A stretch of DNA of 64,000 nt from Elusimicrobiota bacterium (GTDB lineage: Bacteria; Elusimicrobiota; Elusimicrobia; UBA1565; JACRDR01). The stretch is taken from NCBI GenBank assembly GCA_016194745.1, contig JACQBA010000013.1, positions 128,822 to 192,821 of the forward strand. The letters run 5' to 3'. This document shows positions 17,133 to 27,197 of the stretch, piece after piece. The notes under the pieces are model-generated. The model saw only the letters and a program-made list of their open reading frames with translations. It searched no databases and was not told where the DNA came from. Position numbers and translations under genes: made by a program. How positions within the stretch are numbered: position 1 is the first letter of the stretch; every line of letters begins with the position of its first letter.

Positions 17133-19241
17133 CTACTTGGCGGACAAGTTGAACACGCCGTCCCAGTCGATCGGCGGAATCTGGGAGTAGTCCTCGGCCT
17201 GGTTCTTGTACAAGGTCGACGGCCCGTCGCCGGGGATGATCTTGAGCACCGCGGCGAAATGGTCCCGCGCGTCCGCGAACGACTTCGTGGAGGCGTCCGC
17301 GTCCTTCCGCCGGGCCAGCTCGACCCCCTTTTGGAACGCTTCGACGCCCTTCGTATAGACGGGCAGAGCCTCGCGCCAGCTGTCCTTGAGCTGTCCCTTC
17401 TTGCTCAGGAGCTCGTAGACTCGGATAGGGATCGCCTTGCCGACGACGCGGACGCGTCCGAGCTCGCGCGCCTCGACCGCGTCCGCGGCCTCCTTATAGC
17501 AGCCCTCGCTCACCATTATGCGAGATCCGAAGAACTTGTTGGCGCCCTCGAGCCGGCTCGCCAGGTTGACCTCATCGCCGAGGACCGTGTAGGCGAGCTT
17601 GCGGGCGGAGCCGGTGTTGCCGACGACCATGTCGCCGGAATTGACTCCCACGCGGATAGCCGGCTTCTCCGGGATCGTCGGATCGACGTACTCCTTGTTC
17701 AGGCGCTCGATCGCCTCGATGCATTCGACGGCGGAAAGGCAGGCCAGCACGCGGTGCCTGGGCTCGTCGAGCGGCGCATTCCAGAACGCCATGACGCAGT
17801 CGCCGATGTACTTGTCGACGACGCCCTTGTTGGCCATGATGACGTCGCTCAAGGCCGTGAGATAGTGGTTCAAGAACTGGATGAGCTTCTCGGGCGACAT
17901 TTTCTCCGAGATGGTCGTAAAATGGGCGATGTCGAGGAATAGGACCGTCATGTCGCGCTTGTCCCCGCCCAGGCGAAGCTTGCTCGGGTCCCTCACCAAG
18001 GCATCGACGACCTCGGGCGCCACGTATTGCCCGAAGGTCTGCTTGATGAAGCGCTTTTCCATCTGCTCGGCCCGCGTCTTTCGGATGATGAGGAACAAAT
18101 ACGGCACGAGGACCGCCGCGCAGGGACCGAAGAAGTCGAGGACCAGCAGCCGCCGGAACATGAAGTAGCAGCCGGCCAGCCACCCGCCGAAGAGCATGGC
18201 GGTGATCGCCGACCCGAGGATCACCGGCAATTCGACGGTCCAGACGCTCACGAGGGAGAAAAGGAGGATGAACGCCACGGCGAGAAGCATCGGAGCGTAA
18301 TGGAGCTCGCGGTTGTTGAGGAGGTTGTCGATCACATTGGCGTGCACCTCGACGCCGAGCGCCTGCGAGGCGAACGGGCTCGGGAAGAAATCGAACCAGC
18401 CCTTCGCGGAAGAGCCGATGAGGACGATGCGTCCGTCCAGCTCGGACCGGAGCTGCTCGCGGGATTTCTTGTCGAGGTCTTTGGCCAACAGGCGAGTGGC
18501 GGAGATTCTCGGGATGCCGCGCTCCACTTCATGCGAGTCGTCCTCTTTGCGCTCCCCTCTATAGTTGATGAGGACGGCGTTCGGACGGTTCGTGTACGCG
18601 GAGATCGGCTTGCCTTCAAAGGCGGAGAGGATGGCCAGGGCGAACGACGGGGAGCCTTCCGGATCCTTCTGCCACGAGCTTTGGTCGTTGTAATCCTTGC
18701 CGACCACCAGGTACGATCGTCGGACCTCGCCATCGGGGTCGATCATGAGCTGGTTGACGAATCCGGTCCTCGGCGTGACCTTTTTCAGCGCGGGGAACGG
18801 CTGCCGCGCCAGCCAGCGCAGTTCTTTCGTCCGATCGAGCTCCAAGACGGAAGCGTGAACGATCCGATCCCCCCACTTCTTGGTCACTCCGATCAGCGCC
18901 GCGTCCTCCTCGGCGGTCGACTCCTCGAGGAGCATGATATCCAGCCCGACCACCTTGGCGCCATACGAGAAGAGATTGTTCAGGAGCTCGCGGTAATACC
19001 GCCGAGGTATCGGGAAACGCCCGACGTACTTCAGGGTCGCTTCGTCGATGGCGACGACCACCACCCGCGGGTCCGCCTTTTCTACGCCGCGAAGCCGGAA
19101 CATCTCGTCGGACCATTTCCGGTCGAACTGATCGAGCAGACCGCCGATCTGAAGGACGCTGAGCGCCAATGCGAAAGCGACGGAAAAATAAAGAGGAAAT
19201 CGGCTGCCGACGGGGGACTCCTCTTTCTTGGAATCAGGCAT
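17133..19241 (-). CDS. CHASE2 sensor domain-containing class III adenylate/guanylate cyclase
   Basis: 702 aa. N-terminal TM, periplasmic CHASE2 region (VVVAIDEATLKYVGRFPIPRRYYRELLNNL), three TM helices, then cyclase homology domain (MTVLFLDIAHFTTISEKMSPEKL...KYIGDCVMAFWNAP...VGVNSGDMVVGNTGS...YTVLGDEVNLASRLE). Confidence 0.8.
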   Translation of the reverse strand: MPDSKKEESPVGSRFPLYFSVAFALALSVLQIGGLLDQFDRKWSDEMFRLRGVEKADPRVVVVAIDEATLKYVGRFPIPRRYYRELLNNLFSYGAKVVGLDIMLLEESTAEEDAALIGVTKKWGDRIVHASVLELDRTKELRWLARQPFPALKKVTPRTGFVNQLMIDPDGEVRRSYLVVGKDYNDQSSWQKDPEGSPSFALAILSAFEGKPISAYTNRPNAVLINYRGERKEDDSHEVERGIPRISATRLLAKDLDKKSREQLRSELDGRIVLIGSSAKGWFDFFPSPFASQALGVEVHANVIDNLLNNRELHYAPMLLAVAFILLFSLVSVWTVELPVILGSAITAMLFGGWLAGCYFMFRRLLVLDFFGPCAAVLVPYLFLIIRKTRAEQMEKRFIKQTFGQYVAPEVVDALVRDPSKLRLGGDKRDMTVLFLDIAHFTTISEKMSPEKLIQFLNHYLTALSDVIMANKGVVDKYIGDCVMAFWNAPLDEPRHRVLACLSAVECIEAIERLNKEYVDPTIPEKPAIRVGVNSGDMVVGNTGSARKLAYTVLGDEVNLASRLEGANKFFGSRIMVSEGCYKEAADAVEARELGRVRVVGKAIPIRVYELLSKKGQLKDSWREALPVYTKGVEAFQKGVELARRKDADASTKSFADARDHFAAVLKIIPGDGPSTLYKNQAEDYSQIPPIDWDGVFNLSAK

Positions 19242-19318
19242 GCGGTTGCGTTCCGGCGCGGAGCCGTTATTGGCCCGATAGACTAGCAGGATACCGCGGA
19301 TATTTCAATAGGCCGAAC

Positions 19319-20242
19319 TCAGCGACCGAGCAGATGGCGCAGCGCGGCTCCCAAATTGGGGTGCTGGAATTGAAAGCCCAGATCCAACGCCGCTTTCGGC
19401 ACCGCGTTCTGGCCCTCCAGCAGCATCGAGCTCATCTCGCCCAGCCCGAACTTGAGGGCTAGGGCCGGCACGCGAAATCGGCAGCCCTTTCCGAGGGTAG
19501 CGGCGAGCGCGCGGGAAAACTCCTCGTTCGTGACGGGGCCGGGCGCGACGGCGTTGAACGCGCCGGAAGCCTTCGGATTGTCCATGAGCCAGACGATCAG
19601 GGACGCAAGGTCGTCGCGGTGGATCCAGCTGACGGGCTGCTGCCCGGAACCCAGAGGACCGCCCAGCCCTAATCGGAACGGCGGCAGCATCTTGGCCAGC
19701 GCGCCGCCCTCCGGACCGAGCACGAGCCCGATGCGCAGGCGCACCACCCGCACGCCGAATGCTTCCGCCTTGGCGGCCTCGGTCTCCCACAGCCGACACA
19801 CGTTGGCGAGGAAACCCTCTCCGGCCGGCGCCGTTTCGGCGGCCGGGGAGTCCGCGCGGACTCCATAGAATCCGATCGCGGAAGCGTTGATGAGCACCGC
19901 GGGCTTCTTGGCGGCCTTGGCGATCGCGTTGACGATCGCGCGGGTCGCGTTGATGCGGCTTTCCAAAATGCGGCGCTTGACCGACTCGCTCCACCTCGCC
20001 GATACGACGGACTCCCCGGCCAGGTTGACCACGGCGGAGGTGCCTTCGATCTGCTGCGTCAGGATCGTCGCCGCGGACGCGATGTCCTCGGGCGCCCAAA
20101 TGAGGTAGCGGCAGTTCGGCTGAGACGGCTGGGAGGAGCGGGTCGCGATCGTGATGGACCGCCCATCGGCCAGGAGCTTCCGGCACAGCGCGGAGCCTAC
20201 GAATCCCGTGCCTCCGGCGACCAAGACGGTCTGGTTCTTCAC
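19319..20242 (-). CDS. TIGR01777/YfcH-like epimerase-family protein (atypical SDR with DUF1731 C-terminus)
   Basis: 307 aa. Rossmann motif VLVAGGTGFVGSAL; overall resemblance to the YfcH/SDR39U1 family. Start overlaps the ccdA stop. Confidence 0.7.
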   Translation of the reverse strand: MKNQTVLVAGGTGFVGSALCRKLLADGRSITIATRSSQPSQPNCRYLIWAPEDIASAATILTQQIEGTSAVVNLAGESVVSARWSESVKRRILESRINATRAIVNAIAKAAKKPAVLINASAIGFYGVRADSPAAETAPAGEGFLANVCRLWETEAAKAEAFGVRVVRLRIGLVLGPEGGALAKMLPPFRLGLGGPLGSGQQPVSWIHRDDLASLIVWLMDNPKASGAFNAVAPGPVTNEEFSRALAATLGKGCRFRVPALALKFGLGEMSSMLLEGQNAVPKAALDLGFQFQHPNLGAALRHLLGR

Positions 20243-20243
20243 G

Positions 20244-20978
20244 TCAGTACCCCAGCGCGTTGAGCGCCTTCGTCCATCCCGAGAAGTAGCTCAGCATCCA
20301 CGAGGAGACTCTCGTGAACTTGCCGGACAGAAGGAGAGCGCCCATCAAGGCCAGGCAGACGCCCGTGCCCTTCTCGATCATGGGAAGGATCGGCCCCATG
20401 CGCTTGATCAGGCGCAGGCTGCTCTCGAGCGCGAGGCAGCATAGAAGCAGGGGTACCGCGAGCCCCAACGAGTAGAACGAGAGCAGCAGGATGCCGTAGC
20501 CCACCGAATTGGACTTCGACGCGAGATAGAGGATCCCGCTCAGGACGGGGCCGACGCACGGCGTCCAGCCCGCCGCGAATGCCGCGCCCACCAGGACCGA
20601 GCCGGCATATCCCGTCGGCTTCTGCGCCATATGGACGCGGATGTCCCGGTAAAGAAATCCGATCGGAATGAGTCCCGTCATCCAAAGGCCCAGAACGAGG
20701 AGGAACGCCCCGCCAATCATCTCCACGATCTTTTGGTTGGCGAACAGCAGCTGCCCGACGAAGCTGGCCGACGCTCCTAGGGTGATGAAGACGATCGAGA
20801 ACCCCGCGATGAAGGCCAAGGCGTGGGAGATCGTCCGCCAGCGATGGGAGCCCGTCGCCAGCTCGCCGTAGGTGGCCCCGGTCAGGTAGGCCAGGTAAAC
20901 GGGCACGATGGGGAGCACGCAGGGGGACAGAAAACTGACCAGTCCCGCCATGAACGCGACCCCGATTCCGACGTGCAT
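20244..20978 (-). CDS. ccdA: cytochrome c-type biogenesis protein CcdA (DsbD-family thiol:disulfide transporter core)
   Basis: 244 aa, about 6 TM segments. Conserved Cys-containing motifs FLSPCVLPIVPVYL and AAGWTPCVGPVL typical of CcdA/DsbD. Confidence 0.8.
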   Translation of the reverse strand: MHVGIGVAFMAGLVSFLSPCVLPIVPVYLAYLTGATYGELATGSHRWRTISHALAFIAGFSIVFITLGASASFVGQLLFANQKIVEMIGGAFLLVLGLWMTGLIPIGFLYRDIRVHMAQKPTGYAGSVLVGAAFAAGWTPCVGPVLSGILYLASKSNSVGYGILLLSFYSLGLAVPLLLCCLALESSLRLIKRMGPILPMIEKGTGVCLALMGALLLSGKFTRVSSWMLSYFSGWTKALNALGY

Positions 20979-21011
20979 TTATTCTCCTTGAAAACGCAAA
21001 TTCCTCCTGTT

Positions 21012-21974
21012 ATGCTAAATATATATATGTCGGGCAAGACCCTAGCGTTGCTGGGCGGCGCTTTCGGGGCCCCGGTGGCCCTCGTCGCGCTTCTATTGGT
21101 GATGCGGAACGCGGAATCGGTGCCCATCGCGAAATCCGAGTTCCCCATCGCGGAGGCCGCGGCGGTCCCGGCCCAAGGCCTCGCCCCCAGAACGCCGCCG
21201 CCGGCCGCGAGGACGTTCAACGCGGCAAGATCCACCCAAGACCCCAACTCGTCGTCCATGAACCTCATGCGCAAGACCCCGGCGTTCGCCGCCGATCCCT
21301 CGGGCGAAGCCTCCGTCACGCCGGAGCCGCGGACGGCGCCCCCGAGACCCGCTCCTACGACCGTCGCTCCGGGAAGAGTGCAGCCGTCGAGGGCGTCGAC
21401 CGATCCGCGCGAGCTCGACCTCGCGGCGGACGACTCCTCCCAACGGCGCCTGTCTCCGATGAAAGGATCGAACTTCTCCAGCTTCTCGTTCTCGGGGCGC
21501 AAGCCGAGCGGCTTCGGCGATCCCGGCGGCTCCAGTTTCCGAGACAAGAAGGGCGGCGGCCGCGACCGGGGAAGCTCGGGCTTTCAAGATTCGAGCCTCA
21601 CGAAGCAGGTCAAAAGCAAGCCGCAGAGCGGCATTACTCCCGCACAGGCAAAGCTGGCTAAGGACATGGGAATTACGCCGGAGATGATGCAGCGGATTCA
21701 GTCGGATCCGGCCCTGCGCAAGCAGATGATGGATAAGGCCAAGCGCAATCCCGCGTTCCGCAAGCAGTTCAAGGACATGCAGTCGACGATGGAGGGCAAG
21801 GTCGACAAGAACGCGTTCCAGGCGCCGGTGACGAACACGGCTCCGGCCCCCAACGGCCCCGTCTCGGGCACTCGTCCAGGGCTCGTGGACCCCAACGCCA
21901 TCCAATCAACGCCGCGCGAGACGATGCGCAAGCGCCAGGACGGCGGCGCGCCCATCCTCACCAACGACGAATAA
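21012..21974 (+). CDS. hypothetical low-complexity Pro/Ser/Ala-rich protein with N-terminal TM segment
   Basis: Start chosen at ATG 21012 (or 21027) before the hydrophobic stretch MSGKTLALLGGAFGAPVALVALLLV; the ORF-track ORF begins earlier at 20823 inside ccdA. C-terminus has the repeated motif DPALRKQMMDKAKRNPAFRKQFKDMQ. No family recognised. Confidence 0.4.
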   Translation: MLNIYMSGKTLALLGGAFGAPVALVALLLVMRNAESVPIAKSEFPIAEAAAVPAQGLAPRTPPPAARTFNAARSTQDPNSSSMNLMRKTPAFAADPSGEASVTPEPRTAPPRPAPTTVAPGRVQPSRASTDPRELDLAADDSSQRRLSPMKGSNFSSFSFSGRKPSGFGDPGGSSFRDKKGGGRDRGSSGFQDSSLTKQVKSKPQSGITPAQAKLAKDMGITPEMMQRIQSDPALRKQMMDKAKRNPAFRKQFKDMQSTMEGKVDKNAFQAPVTNTAPAPNGPVSGTRPGLVDPNAIQSTPRETMRKRQDGGAPILTNDE

Positions 21975-22874
21975 TCAGTTCCGGCGGGTGACGAGTTCGC
22001 GCTCGGCTACGGATTCGCCGATCGCGCTCAAGTTCTCGACCATCACGACGCCCGCGGCCTTGAGGGCCTCGACCTTCGAGCCGTGCGTGCCCGCGCCGCC
22101 TTCGATGATCGCGCCTGCGTGACCCATGCGGCGTCCCGGCGGGGCGGTGCTGCCGGCGATGAAGGAGTACACGGGCTTCGTCATCTTGTCCTTGATGAAG
22201 CGCGCCGCCTCCTCCTCCGCGCCGCCGCCGATTTCGCCGATCATAACGACGGCCTGCGTGTCCGCGTCGCCTTGGAACAGCTCGAGGACGTCGGTGAAGC
22301 TCGTGCCGGGGAGAGGGTCGCCGCCTATGCCGACGACGGTGGACTGTCCGAGGCCGCGGCTCGTGAGCTGCCACACCGCCTCGTAGGTCAACGTCCCGGA
22401 CCGCGAGACGACGCCGATCGGCCCCGCCTTATGGATGTAGCCCGGCATGATGCCGGCCTTGCACTGGCCCGGCGTGATGACGCCCGGGCAATTCGGCCCG
22501 ACGAGGCGGACGGGATGGCCCGCCGCGGCGTGCTGGCGCAGCGCCCGGTGCACCTTCGCCATGTCGAGCACCGGGATGCCCTCGGTGATGCAGATGATAA
22601 GACGGATGCCCGCGTCCGCCGCCTCAAGGATTGAGTCGGCCGCGAACGGCGGCGGCACGAAGATGAGAGAAACGTCGGCGCCGGCCAGCTTGACGGCGTC
22701 CGCGACGGTGTCGAACACCGGGACGTTCAGATGCGTCGTCCCGCCCTTGCCGGGGGTCACGCCCGCGACGACCTTCGAGCCGTACTCGATGCACTGCTGC
22801 GCGTGGAAAGAGCCGGCTTGGCCGGTCAGCCCCTGCACGACGAGCTTCGAGTCCTTGTTCAGCAGGATGCTCAT
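21975..22874 (-). CDS. sucD: succinate--CoA ligase [ADP/GDP-forming] subunit alpha
   Basis: 299 aa from [24 protein letters not shown]. CoA-binding and phosphohistidine region ([13 protein letters not shown]). ATG at 22874 overlaps the sucC stop (ATGA). The ORF track lists a longer in-frame ORF 21975..23102; only the C-terminal 299 codons are called. Confidence 0.9.
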   Translation of the reverse strand: MSILLNKDSKLVVQGLTGQAGSFHAQQCIEYGSKVVAGVTPGKGGTTHLNVPVFDTVADAVKLAGADVSLIFVPPPFAADSILEAADAGIRLIICITEGIPVLDMAKVHRALRQHAAAGHPVRLVGPNCPGVITPGQCKAGIMPGYIHKAGPIGVVSRSGTLTYEAVWQLTSRGLGQSTVVGIGGDPLPGTSFTDVLELFQGDADTQAVVMIGEIGGGAEEEAARFIKDKMTKPVYSFIAGSTAPPGRRMGHAGAIIEGGAGTHGSKVEALKAAGVVMVENLSAIGESVAERELVTRRN

Positions 22875-24073
22875 GACGCCACCGCCATACGCTTCGCTCC
22901 GTTCGCGTCCACGCTCTTGGCGGCGCGCACGGCCTTCTGCGCCGCGTCCCAGAGACTGTCCGCCTGGATCATCGCGAGTCCCGACTTCGCGAGAATCTCT
23001 TTTCCTTCCTCGACCTTCGTGCCCTCGAGCCGAACGACGAGCGGCACCTTGAGTTTGACCCGTTTCGCCGCCGCGAGCACGCCCTCGGCGATCGTTGTGC
23101 ACTTCATGATGCCGCCGAAGATGTTGACCAGGATGGCCCTCACCTTCGCGTCCTTCAAGATGATCTGGAACGCGCGCGTCACTTGCTCCGCGTTCGCGCC
23201 GCCGCCCACGTCGAGGAAGTTCGCGGGACTCCCTCCCGCGAGCTTCACCGAGTCCATCGTCGCCATGGCGAGTCCGGCGCCGTTGACCAGGCAGCCGATG
23301 TCGCCGTCGAGGGCGATGAAGTTGAGCCCGACCTTCTTCGCTTCTTTTTCGAGCGCCGACGCCTCCAGGTCGCCGCGCTTGGCGAACTCGGGATGGCGGT
23401 AGAGCGCGTTGTCCTCGATCAAGACTTTCCCATCGAGGGCGAGAAGCTCGCCCTTCTTCGTGACGACGAGCGGGTTCACTTCGACCAAGGAGGCGTCCAT
23501 ATCGAGATAGAGCTTGACCAACGACTTGGCGAACTTGACGAAGGTCCCGAGGAGCGGCGCCGGAACTTTCATCTTGAACGCGAGCGACCGGGCCTGGTAG
23601 TCCAAGAGGCCGACGCCGGGATCGATGGGAAGCTTCAAAATGGCCTCGGGCCGCGTCTTCGCGAGTTCCTCGATCTCCATGCCGCCCTCGGCGGAGGCGA
23701 TGACGATGGGGCAGGCCTTCGCGCGATCCATCGCGACCGAGACGTACATCTCCCGCTCGATATCGACGGCCCGGTCGATCAGAAGCTCCTTGACGGGGAC
23801 CGCCTGGCCGTGGGACTGGTGCGTCACGAGCTTGAGACCGAGGATGAACTTGGCCTTCTCCCGCGCTTCCTTCGGAGTCTTCGCGATTTGCACGCCGCCG
23901 GCCTTGCCGCGGCCGCCGACGAGCACCTGGGCCTTGAGCACCCAGGGGCCCCTGCCCGCGCGCTTGAGCGCCCCGTTGATCTGCGCGGCTTTCTTGATGA
24001 CGCCGCCCGTCGGCGCGGTCGGAATGCCGCGCGCTCTAAAGAGGTCCTTGGCTTCGTACTCTAGAAGTTTCAT
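22871..24073 (-). CDS. sucC: succinate--CoA ligase [ADP-forming] subunit beta
   Basis: 400 aa. [12 protein letters not shown]... ATP-grasp N-terminus and C-terminal CoA-ligase domain (NIFGGIMKC). Confidence 0.9.
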   Translation of the reverse strand: MKLLEYEAKDLFRARGIPTAPTGGVIKKAAQINGALKRAGRGPWVLKAQVLVGGRGKAGGVQIAKTPKEAREKAKFILGLKLVTHQSHGQAVPVKELLIDRAVDIEREMYVSVAMDRAKACPIVIASAEGGMEIEELAKTRPEAILKLPIDPGVGLLDYQARSLAFKMKVPAPLLGTFVKFAKSLVKLYLDMDASLVEVNPLVVTKKGELLALDGKVLIEDNALYRHPEFAKRGDLEASALEKEAKKVGLNFIALDGDIGCLVNGAGLAMATMDSVKLAGGSPANFLDVGGGANAEQVTRAFQIILKDAKVRAILVNIFGGIMKCTTIAEGVLAAAKRVKLKVPLVVRLEGTKVEEGKEILAKSGLAMIQADSLWDAAQKAVRAAKSVDANGAKRMAVAS

Positions 24074-24193
24074 GGGATTGTCGAAAAATTTCGATCCTCC
24101 GCGCCTATTCTACGCAATTGCCGCGGGTTCGGCAAACGGCGACGTATTCGGCTCCCCTTGACAAGGCCTTGGACGGGCGAGATACTATGCCCA

Positions 24194-25054
24194 ATGAAGC
24201 CCCCCTTTCTGATGGCCGTCGCCGCATGGATCGCCGCCGGAGCGCCGTTCGCCGCGGCTGCCGAGGGAAAACAGCCCATCAAGTTCTCGGGCTGCAGCAT
24301 CAGCGCCGTCGCCTACATGAAGGATATGGCCAAGGCGTTCGAGGAAAAGCGCGGCGTCCCGGTCGAGGTCAAGGGCGGAGGCGTGCCCGTCGGGATCGCC
24401 AACACGATGTCGGGCGAGAGCCACCTCGGCGGGAGCTGCCGCCACTTGCTCGATAAGGAGCAGAAAGAGGGCGCGGTGTCGACCGTCGTCGGGTACGACA
24501 TGCTTGTCTTCATCGTCCATCCGACCAACCAGGTCAACTCGCTGACGATGGACCAGATCCGCGGCGTCTTCGCCGGAAAGATCCAAAACTGGAGCGACGT
24601 CGGCGGCCCGAAGGAGCCGATCATTCTGGTCGGGCGCGAGTCTGCGGACGCGGGCGTCTCCACGATGTTCCGCGAGAGGGTCATGCGGGGCTGGGAGGTC
24701 TCGCCGAACACGGTCGACCTCCAATCCACGAGCGACATCGAGAAGGCCATGGAGACCGAGCAGTACCGCTGGGGCATCGCCGTCACGGGCATCAGCAGCG
24801 CGGCGTTGCGGAAGGTCAAGATGCTGTCGCTCAACGTGGTCCGCCCGAGCCGCCAATCCTTCCTCGACGGCAGCTACCCCCTCGCGCGCCCGCTGTATCT
24901 CGTCACGAAGGGTCCGCCCGCGGGGCCGACCCGTGATTTCATCGATTTCGTGCTGGCCCCGGAAGGGCAGAAGGTGATGAGCAAGAATGCGTTCTCGAAG
25001 CAGGAGTACTGCAACCGGCAAGTCGCCCTCACGGGCCGCTGCGACGAGAAATAG
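24194..25054 (+). CDS. PstS-like phosphate-binding protein family periplasmic substrate-binding protein (orphan)
   Basis: Start taken at MKPPFLMAVAAWIAAGAPFAAAAEG (signal peptide). PBP fold resembling phosphate ABC transporter SBPs (GSCRHL..., ILVGRESADAGV). No pstCAB genes are adjacent. Confidence 0.55.
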   Translation: MKPPFLMAVAAWIAAGAPFAAAAEGKQPIKFSGCSISAVAYMKDMAKAFEEKRGVPVEVKGGGVPVGIANTMSGESHLGGSCRHLLDKEQKEGAVSTVVGYDMLVFIVHPTNQVNSLTMDQIRGVFAGKIQNWSDVGGPKEPIILVGRESADAGVSTMFRERVMRGWEVSPNTVDLQSTSDIEKAMETEQYRWGIAVTGISSAALRKVKMLSLNVVRPSRQSFLDGSYPLARPLYLVTKGPPAGPTRDFIDFVLAPEGQKVMSKNAFSKQEYCNRQVALTGRCDEK

Positions 25055-25116
25055 CCCGTGCGGAGACCGGGCGCGAATCCTTCCCTCGGATATTTTTGCT
25101 ACGCTGTAGCCTCCGA

Positions 25117-26397
25117 ATGCCACAGAAAGCCATCCTAAAGTTCGACGGGAAGGAGTACGAGATCCCGATCGTCGAGGGGACAGAGGGAGAGAAGGCCCTC
25201 GACATCTCCAGCCTCAGGAGCCAGACCGGGCTCATCACCCTCGACAACGGCTACATGAACACGGGCGCCTGCACGAGCGCCATCACGTACTTGGACGGAG
25301 AGCGCGGCATCCTGCGCTACCGCGGCGTCCCGATCGAGCAGCTCGCGGAGCAATCGACGTTCGTCGAAACGAGCTATCTCCTGATCTACGGAAAGCTCCC
25401 CAACAAGCGCGAACTCGAGGCCTTCACCAACGGGATCACCCGCCACACGCTGATCCACGAGGACATGAAGCGCTTCTACGACAGCTTCCCGCACGACGCG
25501 CACCCGATGGCGATGCTCTCCTCGGCCGTCAGCACCCTTTCTACGTTCTACCAGAAGCCGGACGCGGCCGCGAGCATGAACCTGACGGTCGCACGGCTCC
25601 TCGGCAAGCTGCCGACGATCGCGGCTCAGTCCTACAAGAAGTGCATCGGGCAGCCGTTCGTCTACCCGGACAATCGCCTCGACTATTGCGGCAACTTCCT
25701 CAAGATGATGTTCGCGGTGCCCGCCGAGGAGTACCACGTCGACCCCGAGGTTTCGCGGGCGCTCGACCTGCTGCTGATCCTGCATGCCGATCACGAGCAG
25801 AACTGTTCGGCGTCCACGGTGCGCCTCGTCGGCTCGAGCCGGGCGTCTCCCTACGCGTCGGTCTCGGCCGGCATCTCCGCCCTCTGGGGCCCGCTGCACG
25901 GCGGCGCAAACCAGGAAGTCGTCGAGATGCTGACCGAGATTCGAAACAGCGGGACGTCGGTCCAGGATTTCGTAGCGAAAGTGAAGACGCGCGAGGGCGG
26001 CGCCAAGCTCATGGGCTTCGGCCACCGCGTCTACAAGAACTACGATCCGCGCGCCACGATCATCAAGCGCGCGACCGACACCGTCTTGAACAAACTCGGC
26101 ATCGACGACCCGCTCCTCGAGATCGCCAAGCGCCTGGAAGAGGCCGCGCTCAAGGACGACTACTTCGTCTCCCGCAAGCTCTATCCCAACGTGGACTTCT
26201 ACTCCGGGATCATCTACCGGGCGATCGGCATCCCGACCAACATGTTCACGGTGATGTTCGCCCTGGGACGACTCCCGGGCTGGATCGCCCAGTGGAAGGA
26301 GATGAGCGAGTCCCCTTCCTTTAGGATCGGCCGGCCGCGGCAGGTCTACACCGGCCCCAACGAGACGAAGTACACTCCGATCGGTCAGCGCGCCTAA
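25117..26397 (+). CDS. gltA: citrate synthase
   Basis: Start taken at MPQKAILKFDGKEYEIPIV. Citrate synthase signature regions (GFGHRVYKNYDPRA; HGGANQEV). 3' end overlaps the convergent DUF2063 gene by 4 nt. Confidence 0.9.
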   Translation: MPQKAILKFDGKEYEIPIVEGTEGEKALDISSLRSQTGLITLDNGYMNTGACTSAITYLDGERGILRYRGVPIEQLAEQSTFVETSYLLIYGKLPNKRELEAFTNGITRHTLIHEDMKRFYDSFPHDAHPMAMLSSAVSTLSTFYQKPDAAASMNLTVARLLGKLPTIAAQSYKKCIGQPFVYPDNRLDYCGNFLKMMFAVPAEEYHVDPEVSRALDLLLILHADHEQNCSASTVRLVGSSRASPYASVSAGISALWGPLHGGANQEVVEMLTEIRNSGTSVQDFVAKVKTREGGAKLMGFGHRVYKNYDPRATIIKRATDTVLNKLGIDDPLLEIAKRLEEAALKDDYFVSRKLYPNVDFYSGIIYRAIGIPTNMFTVMFALGRLPGWIAQWKEMSESPSFRIGRPRQVYTGPNETKYTPIGQRA

Positions 26398-27197
26398 CGG
26401 CGCACGCCCTTAACGACGCCGTTCGAGATCCAGTCTGAAAACCAGCGTTGGACCTCCGACGCCGAGGCATTCACGCGGGAGAGACTGGCGCCGAGCGTCT
26501 CGCCCGCGCGGAGGCGGCAGAGAAGGTCCCACCGTTTCGCGTCCAGTTCCTCGACGCGCACCCAGTCGTCCCGCCACACCAATAGCCGCGTCGGCGCCGG
26601 CCGCCGGAGCGTCCGTCCGGCTCGCCCCGATTCGTCGCGGCTCCGCCACAACCGATGCACCGGCCACCGCAGCCGAAGCAGGTCGACCGTCGTGTCGAGC
26701 GCTATCGCCGAGGCCGCCCAGGCGTCCGCAGGGAGAGCGGCGGTAGCCTCCGGAGTGAACGCCGGCAGCCGGTCTCGATAGAGGCGCTCCAGAGCGGACC
26801 TCTCTAGGAGCGCGAGGTCCGGTAGAAAGCCGAACGTCCGCGCGACCGGATGCTTCCTCAAGAACGTGGGGAAAGCCCCGCCCAGATCCGTCACGTTCGG
26901 GGACGTCGACGGTATCCGGCTCAGGAAGCCGGCGGCCAACTCGCGGAATGCGCGCTCGCCGACGGCGCGCTTGACCGCGCGATAGTCCGAGGCCAGGACC
27001 TCCAGCAGCCGCTCGAAGTAGCCGTCGGCGTAGACGGCGAGCCGCGTATGCCGGTCGATCGGCGGCGCCTCGACGATCCACGGCGCCCCCTCGGGACGGC
27101 GGGAGAGGGCCGCGGAGACCCCGCGCGGCTCGGTCAGGACGTCCGCCAGCCAGCGCTGGACGCGGACGAGCTCAGGCGGCGACGGCGAGCGCCCCAT
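26394..27197 (-). CDS. DUF2063 family protein (partner subunit of DUF692/MNIO enzymes; BufC-like)
   Basis: 267 aa. N-terminal LVRVQRWLADVLTEP region and overall length fit DUF2063 partners. Overlaps the upstream DUF692 gene by 26 nt, consistent with the co-operonic pairing universal for this family. Confidence 0.65.
   Translation of the reverse strand: MGRSPSPPELVRVQRWLADVLTEPRGVSAALSRRPEGAPWIVEAPPIDRHTRLAVYADGYFERLLEVLASDYRAVKRAVGERAFRELAAGFLSRIPSTSPNVTDLGGAFPTFLRKHPVARTFGFLPDLALLERSALERLYRDRLPAFTPEATAALPADAWAASAIALDTTVDLLRLRWPVHRLWRSRDESGRAGRTLRRPAPTRLLVWRDDWVRVEELDAKRWDLLCRLRAGETLGASLSRVNASASEVQRWFSDWISNGVVKGVRR

Noticed and set aside
16338-17942. 534-aa + strand ORF opposite the DUF3307-like membrane protein and cyclase
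   Set aside because: Asp/Glu/Arg-rich low-complexity translation. The minus-strand products have coherent TM and domain architecture.
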